Below are positions 29,970 to 39,923 of a stretch of 64,000 nt of DNA, one piece after another. The DNA comes from Bdellovibrionales bacterium. GTDB taxonomy: Bacteria; Bdellovibrionota; Bdellovibrionia; Bdellovibrionales; UBA1609. Numbering within the stretch: position 1 is the stretch's first letter; each line of letters starts with the position of its first letter. A program made the position numbers and the translations under genes. A model generated the notes under the pieces. The model saw only the letters and a program-made list of their open reading frames with translations. It searched no databases and had not been told where the DNA came from. The stretch is taken from assembly GCA_965261545.1 (NCBI GenBank), contig CBDHDF010000007.1, positions 512,001 to 576,000 on the forward strand. The letters run 5' to 3'.

Positions 29970-31549
29970 TTTCCGTTTTATGTAAGTAACTGAATTTACA
30001 CGGATTATGTTTGATGGACTCCATTTTAAAGCATAAAATCTAAAGGGAAGGCATGTAAATACTTAAAACTACTTAACTTTCTTCCCTGGACAGGAACTAG
30101 GTAGTTTTGAGAGTAATAGCATAACTCTCTACGATAGGCTTTATTTATCTACAGAGATTATTAAGGCCCATGCTCAAGCCAGTAACTTCTTTATTGCGCG
30201 TTGTAAGCGAGGCTCTACTTTTATCCCCATCGTAAATTTATTTAATGGCCCAGGTTGGTATTCACAAATGGTTATTGAGGGGGTGGTCATTCATCTCTAT
30301 AAGTATAAAAACCCAAAGACTGGGGAGTTCTCTGTTTTGGCCACTAATCTTCCGCATGGCTCCTTGGACAAGAAGGATATGGTTGCTCTTTACTCTCGTC
30401 GTTGGGAAATAGAAACGACATTTCGTGATTTTACATCGACAATGAAAATGGAGCAGTGGCACTCAACAAGCCTTAATGGAATATTGCAAGAGCTGTATTC
30501 TTATTTTTGGCTCTTCAATTATACAAAGATTCAAATGAGCATAAATGAGGATGAAGACAGTGTGAATCAGTTGGTAAAAAATGACTACAAAAAACCTAAC
30601 TTTAAACTGATTCTTGATTTCATAATGGATAGCATCCCCCTTTTTGTTGCGGGGCTCTATCAGAAATTTAGGAAGCAGATAAAGTTGCTGATGAAGATTT
30701 CAATGGAGAAGAGGAGGCACTTCAAAAGAAGCTATGAAAGGTCTATCAAAAGGGCTGGGAGTTCTTTTAAAAGAAATAGCTTAACGCAGAGGCAGAGGGG
30801 TGTGGTGGCTTAAGGAAACGGCATTGATCTCTGTACGAATCCAGACCTCTCGATCACCGACCTGTACAGGTACTGCCTCAACCTTAAGTAAATCTTGCAT
30901 GGCTTCAGCGACAGTGAGAGGGCGAGTCTTAATATCCCCACTTTCTACTGCTGAACTTTTTAGAGTAGCGTACCCTTGTGGGGTTTTAACCTTTCTAATG
31001 TACATATCTACATTAACTACAAAATAAAGAGAAAAATCAATAAAAATGTCTCATGTCATATATATAGAATATTGAATCACTTTAAAACTCCACTACATTA
31101 TTTTCTGTAAAAGAGCTAATTTCGGGCTGAAATGTCGATAGGTTTGAGTAGAGCACTTTTGACACATATGCTGCTGTCAAACTCGGGGAGCCTATGGGAA
31201 TCTTTTTTCTTTTGGTCTTAATTTGACCTGTAAGCTCATCCTTTCTTCCAAGGTAGATGCGTTTTTGCCTGGCCTGCTTTTTTTCCTTGTCCCAAAAGCT
31301 TTCAACTTTATAGACATAGGTTTTTCCCTTATTTTTTTGCTCAAAAGTGTATGACATCGTTAATATTGTAACTATGCTTTTGAAGAGATGACAATCTCTT
31401 AATCAAAGTGAAGGCCTTCTCAGACAATAATCAGGACTTAAATCCTACACCTAGTTACAACTTTTAGGGATTTCAGGGAGATAATACGAAGCTTCTTTTT
31501 TTGGCATTTATACATTTATGGAAGTTTAAAAAAGGAAAATCCGGGAAGT

Positions 31550-32887
31550 TTAAAAGGGGAAACCTCCTCGCCCCATGCCACCTTTTATTCCACCTTTCAT
31601 CATCTTGGACATAAGACGCTTGGTTTGTTCAAAGTTCTTGATAAATTGATTCACATCTCTCACTTCTGTTCCACTCCCCTTGGCGATGCGAAGTCTTCTT
31701 GATCCATTGAGAATTTGGTGATGACGACGCTCCTTAGGTGTCATCGAAGAAATAATGGCTTCGATTTTAGTCACCTCCTTGTCGGGTGGAGTCATATTTT
31801 TTACTTGCTTCATAAGCTGGCCAGCTCCTGGGAGCATCTTCAAAATACTTTCCATTCCCCCCATTTTTTTTATCATCTTAATTTGCTTAAGAAAGTCCTC
31901 CACTGTGAACTGATTTTTGGCCATTTTCTTGGCAGCGGCCGTGGCCTCTTTTTCACTCACCAGGCCATCCACTCTCTCCACAAGACTGAGAACATCCCCC
32001 ATATCAAGAATTCTCGATGCAAGACGGTCGGGGTGAAAAACTTCAAGAGCTTCCACTTTCTCTCCCACACCTAAAAATTTAATGGGCACTCCTGTGGATT
32101 GGCGAATACTGAGTGCGGCACCACCGCGCGCATCCCCATCCACCTTGGTGAGAATAAGCCCTGTCAACCCCAAGAGTTTATGAAAGCCCTCTGCCACATT
32201 GACAGACTGCTGACCCAACATCGCATCTGCCACAAGAAGGATTTCCGATGGAGACCAGACCTTTCGAAGACGGCCCAATTCGGACATGAGGGCATCGTCT
32301 ATTTGCAAGCGCCCCGCTGTATCCACAATAACCACATCAATCATGTTGTCCCTAGCCCAGACCTTAGCCTCCTCTAACAAATCTTCTGGCTTTTTCTGAG
32401 GATCGGAGTCAAAAACAGGAAGCTGGTTTTCCAAACCCAGTTGTTTCAGCTGCTCAATGGCCGCAGGCCGATAGACATCCACGGGAACAAGCCCTGGTTT
32501 TTTTTTAAATTTCTTTCGTATGTGAAGGGCCAGTTTGGCTGAAGACGTGGTTTTTCCCGTGCCTTGAAGCCCCACGAGAAAGATCACACCTGGGTCTCCT
32601 CGAAAGTTGAGTTCCACAGCTTCACCGCCAAGGATGTGAACCAGTTCATCATGGACAATTTTTACAAATTGCTGCCCGGCATTAAGCCCCGAGAGAACTT
32701 CGTGCCCCATGGCCTTTTCTTTCACTTGGCGGGTAAATTCCTTAACAACTTTGAAGTTCACATCAGCTTCGAGCAAGTTAAAGCGGATATCTTTAATGAC
32801 TTGTGCGATATTGGCCTCTGTGATTTTTCCCTGCCCACGGATTTTTTTCAAACTCGATAGTAGCTTATCTGAGAGTTGGTCAAACAT
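31550..32887 (-). CDS. ffh: signal recognition particle protein
   Basis: GLQGTGKTT, DTAGR, TKVDGDARGG and Met-rich M domain. Confidence 0.97.
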   Translation of the reverse strand: MFDQLSDKLLSSLKKIRGQGKITEANIAQVIKDIRFNLLEADVNFKVVKEFTRQVKEKAMGHEVLSGLNAGQQFVKIVHDELVHILGGEAVELNFRGDPGVIFLVGLQGTGKTTSSAKLALHIRKKFKKKPGLVPVDVYRPAAIEQLKQLGLENQLPVFDSDPQKKPEDLLEEAKVWARDNMIDVVIVDTAGRLQIDDALMSELGRLRKVWSPSEILLVADAMLGQQSVNVAEGFHKLLGLTGLILTKVDGDARGGAALSIRQSTGVPIKFLGVGEKVEALEVFHPDRLASRILDMGDVLSLVERVDGLVSEKEATAAAKKMAKNQFTVEDFLKQIKMIKKMGGMESILKMLPGAGQLMKQVKNMTPPDKEVTKIEAIISSMTPKERRHHQILNGSRRLRIAKGSGTEVRDVNQFIKNFEQTKRLMSKMMKGGIKGGMGRGGFPF

Positions 32888-33037
32888 AATAGAAGCTCCA
32901 TTTGTGATATTTATTCATGTGTAGTTATTTATTCATTATTCATGTGTGGTATACGCATAGCAACTTGGTCCCTTCCCACGAGATAACAAAGCCGCTACAC
33001 AGTTTCATGTACTTTTTTATTCTATCTTGCAACAGCC

Positions 33038-33466
33038 TCAGTGACAACGGTGACAATACTTAATATTTTGAATATGAGCCACCACTAAAATGAGACTTCC
33101 TGAAATAGTCATCAATGTACTGGTTTTATCCATAGCCACTTCATGGAGCCAAAGAGAGGCTGTAAGAATAAAAAAGCCAAGGACGGCGAGAATGAGAGGA
33201 AACACTCGTTTGTGATGTCGGTAACCACTCCTAAAAGCCATCGTTGCCAGAAATATCAGGGGAGCAAACCCAATCATATGCATTTCATTTTCAAATTTAA
33301 ATAACGGAATGGCGAGGGCTAAAAAGGGTGTGCAAAGGCAGTGAATAAGACAAAAGGTAGACAACCCAATGGCCCCAAAGTCCCAGCGATGATGATGGGA
33401 CTGGCCCCCATGTTGCCCATGAGAGTGATGTTGCTGGTGCTGATAATTTTTGTAAGATTTGCTCAT
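33038..33466 (-). CDS. MerC-domain membrane protein with His-rich N-terminus
   Basis: STFCLIHCLCTP motif, four hydrophobic segments, terminal AH..N. Confidence 0.8.
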   Translation of the reverse strand: MSKSYKNYQHQQHHSHGQHGGQSHHHRWDFGAIGLSTFCLIHCLCTPFLALAIPLFKFENEMHMIGFAPLIFLATMAFRSGYRHHKRVFPLILAVLGFFILTASLWLHEVAMDKTSTLMTISGSLILVVAHIQNIKYCHRCH

Positions 33467-33595
33467 GGAAAAGTTGAAAAGCCCTCTACAGCAAGATGGT
33501 GAAAAACGGTGAAAAAAGGGGACCCCTCCCTATAGTCCATAGCTATCGCCTGCGCAAGCGAAATTGACGCACCAAATAAATTCCTCTACCTTTAT

Positions 33596-35077
33596 TTGCC
33601 CCTAGCTTCTCCTAGAACCTATGATGTTCATATGTCCTCATTAAAAATTCATGGTTACATAGAGCCTCACAGAGTCATTTCTTTTGCGAACTATCAGCAA
33701 GTTTTGGATGGGCCCCAGCCCCCCATGGTGGTGGCCATTTGTGAACCTGAGTTCAAGAACTCAAGAACAACAAATCTTAAAAGAGAAGGCAAATGTAAAA
33801 CCACAGATTCTTGCTCTCCCCAGGTGGAGTGGGCGGAGTTGATAGAATTTCTTAAACAGCTCTTCCAAAAACAATCCCCCGTTCTCCCCTCCACAGAAGT
33901 CATACTTGCAAGTCATCTTTTCGATGCTTCTTCCATACAGTTTTTCATAAATCACTTTCATATTTTTAGAATTCTTCCCTTTCGCCTTTCAAATAAAGAA
34001 CTTCAAGAAATTTTAGATCAAGCCCTTCAGCATTACAAAAACAAAGAATCTAAGATCAATAATCATACATATGGTATGCATGGCACACACAAAATGAAAA
34101 GCAACCTCTTAAAAGAAAATTTTACATCAAGAAAGAAGGATATAAATCCTGTCAAAAAAAATGAATTTTATGAAAAGTACTGGGAAGAAACTTCGAAGAT
34201 GGCAGAAATAGGTCTCATAGGAAGCAGCATTGCCCATGAACTCAACAGCCCCTTAGGGGGAATGATATCCTTTATCCAATTGATGAAAATGAATAATTCT
34301 CATCACCACATTCACAATAATGATTTGTTAGCCGATTTATTAAAAATGGAAAATGATGGAAATACATGTAAAAAGACAATAGAAAATCTACTTTATTTTT
34401 CTAAACCACCTCAATATTTCAATTTTTCCAAGACTGAGACTTTGTCCTCAGAGATATTGTCCACAGAGATATTAAAGTGGGAGAAGAGCACACCTGACAA
34501 GAGTTTTTGCTCAAAAAACTCAGAAGATTGGACCTTTGACCTCCAAGACTTTGATCTCAAAGAGGTTGTGCAGCAAAGTCTCCAAATTATGGAACTAGAA
34601 AAGAAAAATCATAACTTTAAATGGTTCTTACATATTCCTGACCAAGAAATGAAGATCAAAGGGCAGCCCCACCTTTTGACTCAAGCAATTTATAATCTCT
34701 TAAGAAATGCAAAAGACTCCATTGAAATGAAAGCAAAGATAGAACCTATAAGAATAAATTCTATATATGAGGGAAGAATTAGGGTTGTTGTAGAGACACA
34801 AGAAGATAAATTTATTATTAATATTATAGATAATGGAATTAAGCACAAATACAGTGACTACCAAAACTTTGTTCAGTCTTTTTTAAAACTTCCAATTTAT
34901 CCCACGAACCACCATGAAGCACCTTTACAAAGGTATGACTTTTTAAAGAGTCTAAGCCTCATGGTTGCCCACCAAATCATTCTTGAACACGACGGTCAAC
35001 TAAGCCTTTCCCCCTATTCTAATGTCGAGACAAATGTCAAAATTTCTTTAAAGCGTCTAGGTCAAACAAGCCCGTAG
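33596..35077 (+). CDS. sensor histidine kinase-like protein with degenerate ATPase domain
   Basis: H-box IAHELNSPL and N-box NLLRNAKD present; G boxes eroded. Confidence 0.8.
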   Translation: MPLASPRTYDVHMSSLKIHGYIEPHRVISFANYQQVLDGPQPPMVVAICEPEFKNSRTTNLKREGKCKTTDSCSPQVEWAELIEFLKQLFQKQSPVLPSTEVILASHLFDASSIQFFINHFHIFRILPFRLSNKELQEILDQALQHYKNKESKINNHTYGMHGTHKMKSNLLKENFTSRKKDINPVKKNEFYEKYWEETSKMAEIGLIGSSIAHELNSPLGGMISFIQLMKMNNSHHHIHNNDLLADLLKMENDGNTCKKTIENLLYFSKPPQYFNFSKTETLSSEILSTEILKWEKSTPDKSFCSKNSEDWTFDLQDFDLKEVVQQSLQIMELEKKNHNFKWFLHIPDQEMKIKGQPHLLTQAIYNLLRNAKDSIEMKAKIEPIRINSIYEGRIRVVVETQEDKFIINIIDNGIKHKYSDYQNFVQSFLKLPIYPTNHHEAPLQRYDFLKSLSLMVAHQIILEHDGQLSLSPYSNVETNVKISLKRLGQTSP

Positions 35078-35307
35078 ACAAGTTTTACACTAGAAAATTT
35101 GACACTATGATATTCAACTTCCTACAATAGGTCGATAAAGCCACTAAAAATTATTCATTAATCTTGGCCTTTAAACATAACAAAGACATGTATAAAATCT
35201 AGGTAAAAGAATATCGCCAAAAGGCCTAAAAAGAAGCATGAAAAAAGAATCTGCACCTACCCTTTGCAGGTGCCAAGGGACTTTTTTCACTTCTGGGGAA
35301 GGAACGA

Positions 35308-36789
35308 GTGAACCACCACCAAAAAATCCTCATTGTGGAAAGTCAGTCTCACTTAAGAACCAAGCTCTTTCGTTTATTAAACCGTAAGGGTTTTCAGGTG
35401 ATTACAGCTCACTCTCAGAGCCAGGCTCAATCTTTGGCCGGAAGAGACCTTCGTTGGGATATTGCTATTATCAATGGGGACCTTTTAGGTCACTGGGAAT
35501 CTCCAGACCACCAAAGTTCTATCAATGAGACCAATAAATTTTTATGCCATTTAGAATCTATAAATCCTGAACTTGGCGTCATTGTTCTTTTTGATTCTCA
35601 AAAGAATTTTGAAAAAGTTTCAACAAAAGGTTATCATATTATTCACTCACCTTTTTTTATGGAAAAGATTGTACAGACTGTGGAAAATATGATCTCAAAA
35701 ATATTACCACAACCCTCGTCTTCATCTTCTCAAGCTTCTTCACCTTCTCAAAAGAAAAATTCTCAACTCCAATTACAGGAAAAATATAAATTCGAAGATA
35801 TCATCGGGCAAAGTCTTCAAATAAAAAAACTTTTAGAACTTGTTGAGAAAATTTCTGATTCAGACTCAACAGTCTTAGTTACTGGAGAAAGTGGTACGGG
35901 GAAAGAATTGGTTGCAAAAGCCATTCACTTTAATTCCCCAAGATCCAAATCCGCTTTTGTACCCATCAATTGTGGAGCCATTCCTAGTGAGCTTTTAGAA
36001 AGTGAGCTCTTTGGGCACGTCAAAGGAGCATTTACCAACGCCATTTCCAATCGCATGGGCCGCTTTGAGCTTGCCGAGGGAGGTACCATATTTTTTGATG
36101 AGATTGGCGATATGAGCCCCCACTTACAGGTCAAGCTTCTAAGGGTGTTGCAAGAAAGAACTTTTGAGCCCATTGGAAGCACAAAGACCCTAGAGGCGAA
36201 TGTAAGAGTCATTGCTGCCACCAATATTCATTTAGAAAAGGCTGTTCAAGAAAGAAAATTTAGAGAGGATCTCTACTATCGTCTGAATGTGATTCCTGTC
36301 AATATTCCATCTCTCAAAGAAAGACAAGAAGACATACCTATCTTATTTCATCATTTTATGCAAAAGTTCAACAAAAATCGCAGTAAGAAAATAACAGGCA
36401 TCACACCTGAAGCTCTTCAAGTTCTTTGTCAACACAAATGGCCAGGCAACATTAGAGAGCTAGAAAACCTTATTGAACGATTGAGCATTCTCAAAGGAGG
36501 TGGTTTGATTGAACTCAGTGACTTACCTTCAAACTACAGATATGCCATGTCTTCCATCAAATCTCCCTTGGCAAACTCTCATATAGAAATGTCTGAAGTA
36601 GGAGTGTCCGAAGTAGACATGGATTTTAATTCCGCCGTAGATGCCTATGAAAATGCACTTATCATGCGAGCCTTGGAAAAAACAGGGTGGAATAGAAACC
36701 AAGCTGCGATACTCTTAAAGCTAAATCGTACAACACTTGTTGAAAAAATTAAGAAAAAAGGCTTAAAGCCTTCTGATAAATTATCGTAA
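35308..36789 (+). CDS. sigma-54-dependent transcriptional regulator (NtrC-like, atypical receiver)
   Basis: GESGTGKE, GAFTNA, FDEIG, WPGNIREL and Fis-type HTH. Confidence 0.93.
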   Translation: MNHHQKILIVESQSHLRTKLFRLLNRKGFQVITAHSQSQAQSLAGRDLRWDIAIINGDLLGHWESPDHQSSINETNKFLCHLESINPELGVIVLFDSQKNFEKVSTKGYHIIHSPFFMEKIVQTVENMISKILPQPSSSSSQASSPSQKKNSQLQLQEKYKFEDIIGQSLQIKKLLELVEKISDSDSTVLVTGESGTGKELVAKAIHFNSPRSKSAFVPINCGAIPSELLESELFGHVKGAFTNAISNRMGRFELAEGGTIFFDEIGDMSPHLQVKLLRVLQERTFEPIGSTKTLEANVRVIAATNIHLEKAVQERKFREDLYYRLNVIPVNIPSLKERQEDIPILFHHFMQKFNKNRSKKITGITPEALQVLCQHKWPGNIRELENLIERLSILKGGGLIELSDLPSNYRYAMSSIKSPLANSHIEMSEVGVSEVDMDFNSAVDAYENALIMRALEKTGWNRNQAAILLKLNRTTLVEKIKKKGLKPSDKLS

Positions 36790-36817
36790 GAATATGATCA
36801 GGAGGAAATAATTATAT

Positions 36818-38017
36818 ATGAAGAAGGCAAAACGAGTTATCATTGCAGCAGGTGGCTCCGGTGGACATATCTATCCAGCCCTTGCTCTTGCCCATGCCTT
36901 TCTAAAGCTTTACCCTGAGACTCAGGTTCATTTTTGGGGTTCCCATGGGGGAATGGAAAACCGCATTGTTCCACAAAATGGATTTTCATTAAAGACCATT
37001 CCCATAGGTCGCCTTCAAAGTAATGTCTCTTATTTAGAAAGATTAACAACCGTATTTCTTTTGCCTTTAGCTCTTTTAAGAGCCTTATTGTTCTTACTAA
37101 ACTACCGGCCCCATTTGGTTCTAGGCGTGGGGGGGCATGCCTCGGGTCCTTTGCTTTTAGTTTCTTCTCTATTAAGAACTTTTCAAATTTTTCATATTTC
37201 CAATGCTATATGGGAGCCCAATGCCATGCCAGGTCTCACCAACCGCTGGCTATCTCGTTTTGTTCAAAAAAATCTTATCGTTTTTAAAGAAGCAGAAAAA
37301 TATTTAAAGACTTCTTCGGTCTCAATCTCTACTATTCACTTCGTAGGTATGCCCGTTCGCGAAGAAATTAAAACATCTCAAGCCAAAATCAAAATGCATA
37401 AGAAATTTCGAATTTTTATCTTCGGTGGAAGCCAGGGGTCCGTAGCTATCAATGAGGTTATCGGTCGCACTTTTCAAAACCAAGGGGCTACGGAAGAAAA
37501 TCAATGCCAAGAGAAAAATGAATGGAAAAAAAACCTTCAAGTTGTTCACCAAACAGGAATAAAAAATTTTGATAAATTCAATAATATATATCCATCAAAC
37601 ATGAATATCGAAGTTGTTCCCTATATTGATAACATGGGAGAACGCTATGCCTGGGCTGACTTAGTGATTTGCCGAAGCGGCACAGGGACCCTTTTTGAAC
37701 TCGCCGCTAGCGGCTGTCCTTCTATTTTGATTCCTCTACCAACGGCGGCGAATGATCACCAAAAGAAAAATGCTGAAGTTTTTCATAAGTCTGGAGCGGC
37801 CATTATGATTTTGCAAAATGACTTCAATGAGTTAACTCTCAAAAAAGCCATTATTGAACTTCAGACCAACTTCGAGAAGAGGAATCTCATGTCTAGAAAG
37901 GCTCACCAATTCCACAAGCCCCATGCCGCAGAAAATATTGTTAAGATTCTAAATGAAAATATAGATGATGAAACCAAAGGTGATGAGAAGAATAATAAAA
38001 ATAAGGTGTTACATTAA
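36818..38017 (+). CDS. murG: undecaprenyldiphospho-muramoylpentapeptide N-acetylglucosaminyltransferase
   Basis: GGSGGHIYPA, GGSQG and HQKKNA motifs. Confidence 0.95.
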   Translation: MKKAKRVIIAAGGSGGHIYPALALAHAFLKLYPETQVHFWGSHGGMENRIVPQNGFSLKTIPIGRLQSNVSYLERLTTVFLLPLALLRALLFLLNYRPHLVLGVGGHASGPLLLVSSLLRTFQIFHISNAIWEPNAMPGLTNRWLSRFVQKNLIVFKEAEKYLKTSSVSISTIHFVGMPVREEIKTSQAKIKMHKKFRIFIFGGSQGSVAINEVIGRTFQNQGATEENQCQEKNEWKKNLQVVHQTGIKNFDKFNNIYPSNMNIEVVPYIDNMGERYAWADLVICRSGTGTLFELAASGCPSILIPLPTAANDHQKKNAEVFHKSGAAIMILQNDFNELTLKKAIIELQTNFEKRNLMSRKAHQFHKPHAAENIVKILNENIDDETKGDEKNNKNKVLH

Positions 38018-38083
38018 TTCAGGAGATTATTTTAAAAAGAATAACATTTGGCGTTACCCTATTGCTTTAAGATGAGTTTATGA

Positions 38084-38527
38084 GTGGGGATAGTGACAAA
38101 CCCCATGGGGTTTGTTAAAATAACGAGAGTGTATAATTTAGATTTAAATCTCATATTTTCTCTTTTGATTGCCTTTCAGGTTAAGCACTTTGTGGCCGAT
38201 TACCCCCTTCAATATGACTATATGATGCAGAAAATTGATATGACTTGGAGGTTTCTTATTCCTCTCGGCGTTCACTGTGCCATTCATGCTCTATTAACTT
38301 TGGCGATTTGTTTGTATTTTGCTCCCCACTTGTGGTGGTTATCGATATTAGATTTTGTGATTCATTTTATTATGGATCGTATCAAATCGGGGCCGAAGTA
38401 TTTAGGTCGCTTTGATGATCCTGTCAAGCATAGCTTTTGGATTTGCTTGGGGCTGGATCAAATGATCCATCATTTAACTCACTATTTCATTGTGTGGTAC
38501 ATTTACACAAATATACATTTCTTGTAG
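38084..38527 (+). CDS. DUF3307-like membrane protein
   Basis: KHFVADYPLQ, HFIMD and GLDQMIH motifs. Confidence 0.8.
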   Translation: MGIVTNPMGFVKITRVYNLDLNLIFSLLIAFQVKHFVADYPLQYDYMMQKIDMTWRFLIPLGVHCAIHALLTLAICLYFAPHLWWLSILDFVIHFIMDRIKSGPKYLGRFDDPVKHSFWICLGLDQMIHHLTHYFIVWYIYTNIHFL

Positions 38528-38528
38528 A

Positions 38529-39923
38529 TCACTGATTGCCTATGTAGTGAACAATGGACCAATCCAATTTTTTTTTTGTTCCATCTTTTTGAAGAATTAC
38601 AGGTTGACTGAGACTGAGAAACAAACCTGATGAACTCAAATAGGGAGGAGACTGGAGCTCCCCACTTAAATAGACAGCGTTTATAGCCTGGCCATTTTGA
38701 GGATTGATAATACACAGTTTACTCTTTCCACAGGGAGACCAGAGAAACCAGTCTCCAGTATTTTGGGTGAGTGGACGGGTGGGGTGGTGGGATAAGCGCA
38801 TGGCTTGGATGAGGTTGGAGGTGGTGTGATGCTCTGTTTTCAAAACCCATTTCTTCTTTCCAGAGTGGCGGTCTATGGCCTGAAGGTAGGAATTTTTATC
38901 TAGAGCCACAATGAGTTCGTGTTTAGGAATATAGGTCAATGAGGCATTGATGGTTGTTTTCAGTGGGTGCTGCCAAATCTTATGGCCTGTCTTAGCATGC
39001 AAAGCGAATATCAATCCTTTTTTATCAGCGAGATAAAGGGCTTCTCCAACCACAGTCACCACAGTGTGTATGGGTGCTTCCATGGGAGTTGACCACGCCA
39101 AATCGCCACTGTGGCTATCAAAAGCCAAAACTTTATGGGTGCTATTGACAACAATGAGATCAAGCTGGGGATGAGCTGCTATGGAATGGCCTGTGGGTTG
39201 AAATTCGTGTTTAGAGATCCACAGTAATTTTCCCGATCCTGGGTGGATCTTGGTAAGTTGAGCCTTTATTTTTTCTTTTGTGTGGAATTGAGTTAAGGCA
39301 TAGAGCCCATCTTTGAATAAGAGGGGTCGGGCTGAAAGGGGGGTGCGCAAGGCAAGAAACCACTGCATCTTGCCTGTTGTTTTGTGGAGGGAGTAGATAT
39401 GGCCAGATGAAGAGGAAACAAAGGCAGAGTTTTTAGAAAAATCAGGTAAAAATAAATGAGAGGAGTCTTTTTGGGGTAGAGAAAAATTCCACAATTCCGT
39501 ACCATTTGTGTTAGAGGCAATGAGCCACTGGGGGTATATAAGATAGATTTGTTTATGAGCGAGAACCCAAGAGGTGGGGGGCTTCTTATCTCCATGAAGG
39601 ACTTTGGCCATTTTAAGTTTTACGCTCCCAAGAAATTTGGGAGAGGCCATTTGTCGATTTAAATAGGGAGCCGCGGAGAAACGATGGGCTTTGGTGTTCT
39701 TCCCGGTGCTCTCTCCGGCAATATCCTCCTCCCAAGGGAGAGGTTTTTCAGGAGGTTGGGGAAATATCAGGTGTTGGAAATTTGTGTGATGAAGATTGCT
39801 AGAAAGGGAGTCTGGAGAAAATAAAAGGGGGTTGAGCTTTAAAACAAAAAACATCACTCCCACAAAGTAGACGGGAAACATAAAGGAGCCAAATCTCCTT
39901 AGAGGACTGGATGGGTTTTTCAT
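38529..39923 (-). CDS. PQQ-binding-like beta-propeller repeat protein
   Basis: Repeated A.D...G...W motifs; N-terminal hydrophobic segment. Confidence 0.8.
   Translation of the reverse strand: MKNPSSPLRRFGSFMFPVYFVGVMFFVLKLNPLLFSPDSLSSNLHHTNFQHLIFPQPPEKPLPWEEDIAGESTGKNTKAHRFSAAPYLNRQMASPKFLGSVKLKMAKVLHGDKKPPTSWVLAHKQIYLIYPQWLIASNTNGTELWNFSLPQKDSSHLFLPDFSKNSAFVSSSSGHIYSLHKTTGKMQWFLALRTPLSARPLLFKDGLYALTQFHTKEKIKAQLTKIHPGSGKLLWISKHEFQPTGHSIAAHPQLDLIVVNSTHKVLAFDSHSGDLAWSTPMEAPIHTVVTVVGEALYLADKKGLIFALHAKTGHKIWQHPLKTTINASLTYIPKHELIVALDKNSYLQAIDRHSGKKKWVLKTEHHTTSNLIQAMRLSHHPTRPLTQNTGDWFLWSPCGKSKLCIINPQNGQAINAVYLSGELQSPPYLSSSGLFLSLSQPVILQKDGTKKKLDWSIVHYIGNQ

Larger units (their letters stand above)
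23595..30097 (-). mobile_element. ISNCY element copy 2, interrupted by a serine recombinase element and IS256
   Basis: Near-identical to 11245-13389 but reversed; TSD TAGGTA. Confidence 0.92.
22901..30826 (+). mobile_element. IS4-family element copy 2, interrupted by an inverted ISNCY
   Basis: Same TIR as copy 1; TSD ATCTCTGTAC at 22891 and 30827; transposase pieces 23005-23594 and 30104-30813. Confidence 0.92.
20760..31187 (-). mobile_element. internally deleted IS1634-family element (type C, about 590 bp net)
   Basis: TIR CCCGAGTTTGACAGCAGCAT; MYIRKVKTPQGY fused to a C-terminal RPLTVAEAM...RTEIKGNAHALFKA segment. Confidence 0.82.
20418..31477 (-). mobile_element. outer IS1634-family element (type A), gutted, hosting nested insertions
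   Basis: TIR CCTGAAATCCCTAAAAGTTGTAACTAGGT at both ends; TSD GAGATA; transposase 5' part 31188-31357 and 3' part 20576-20756. Confidence 0.9.
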
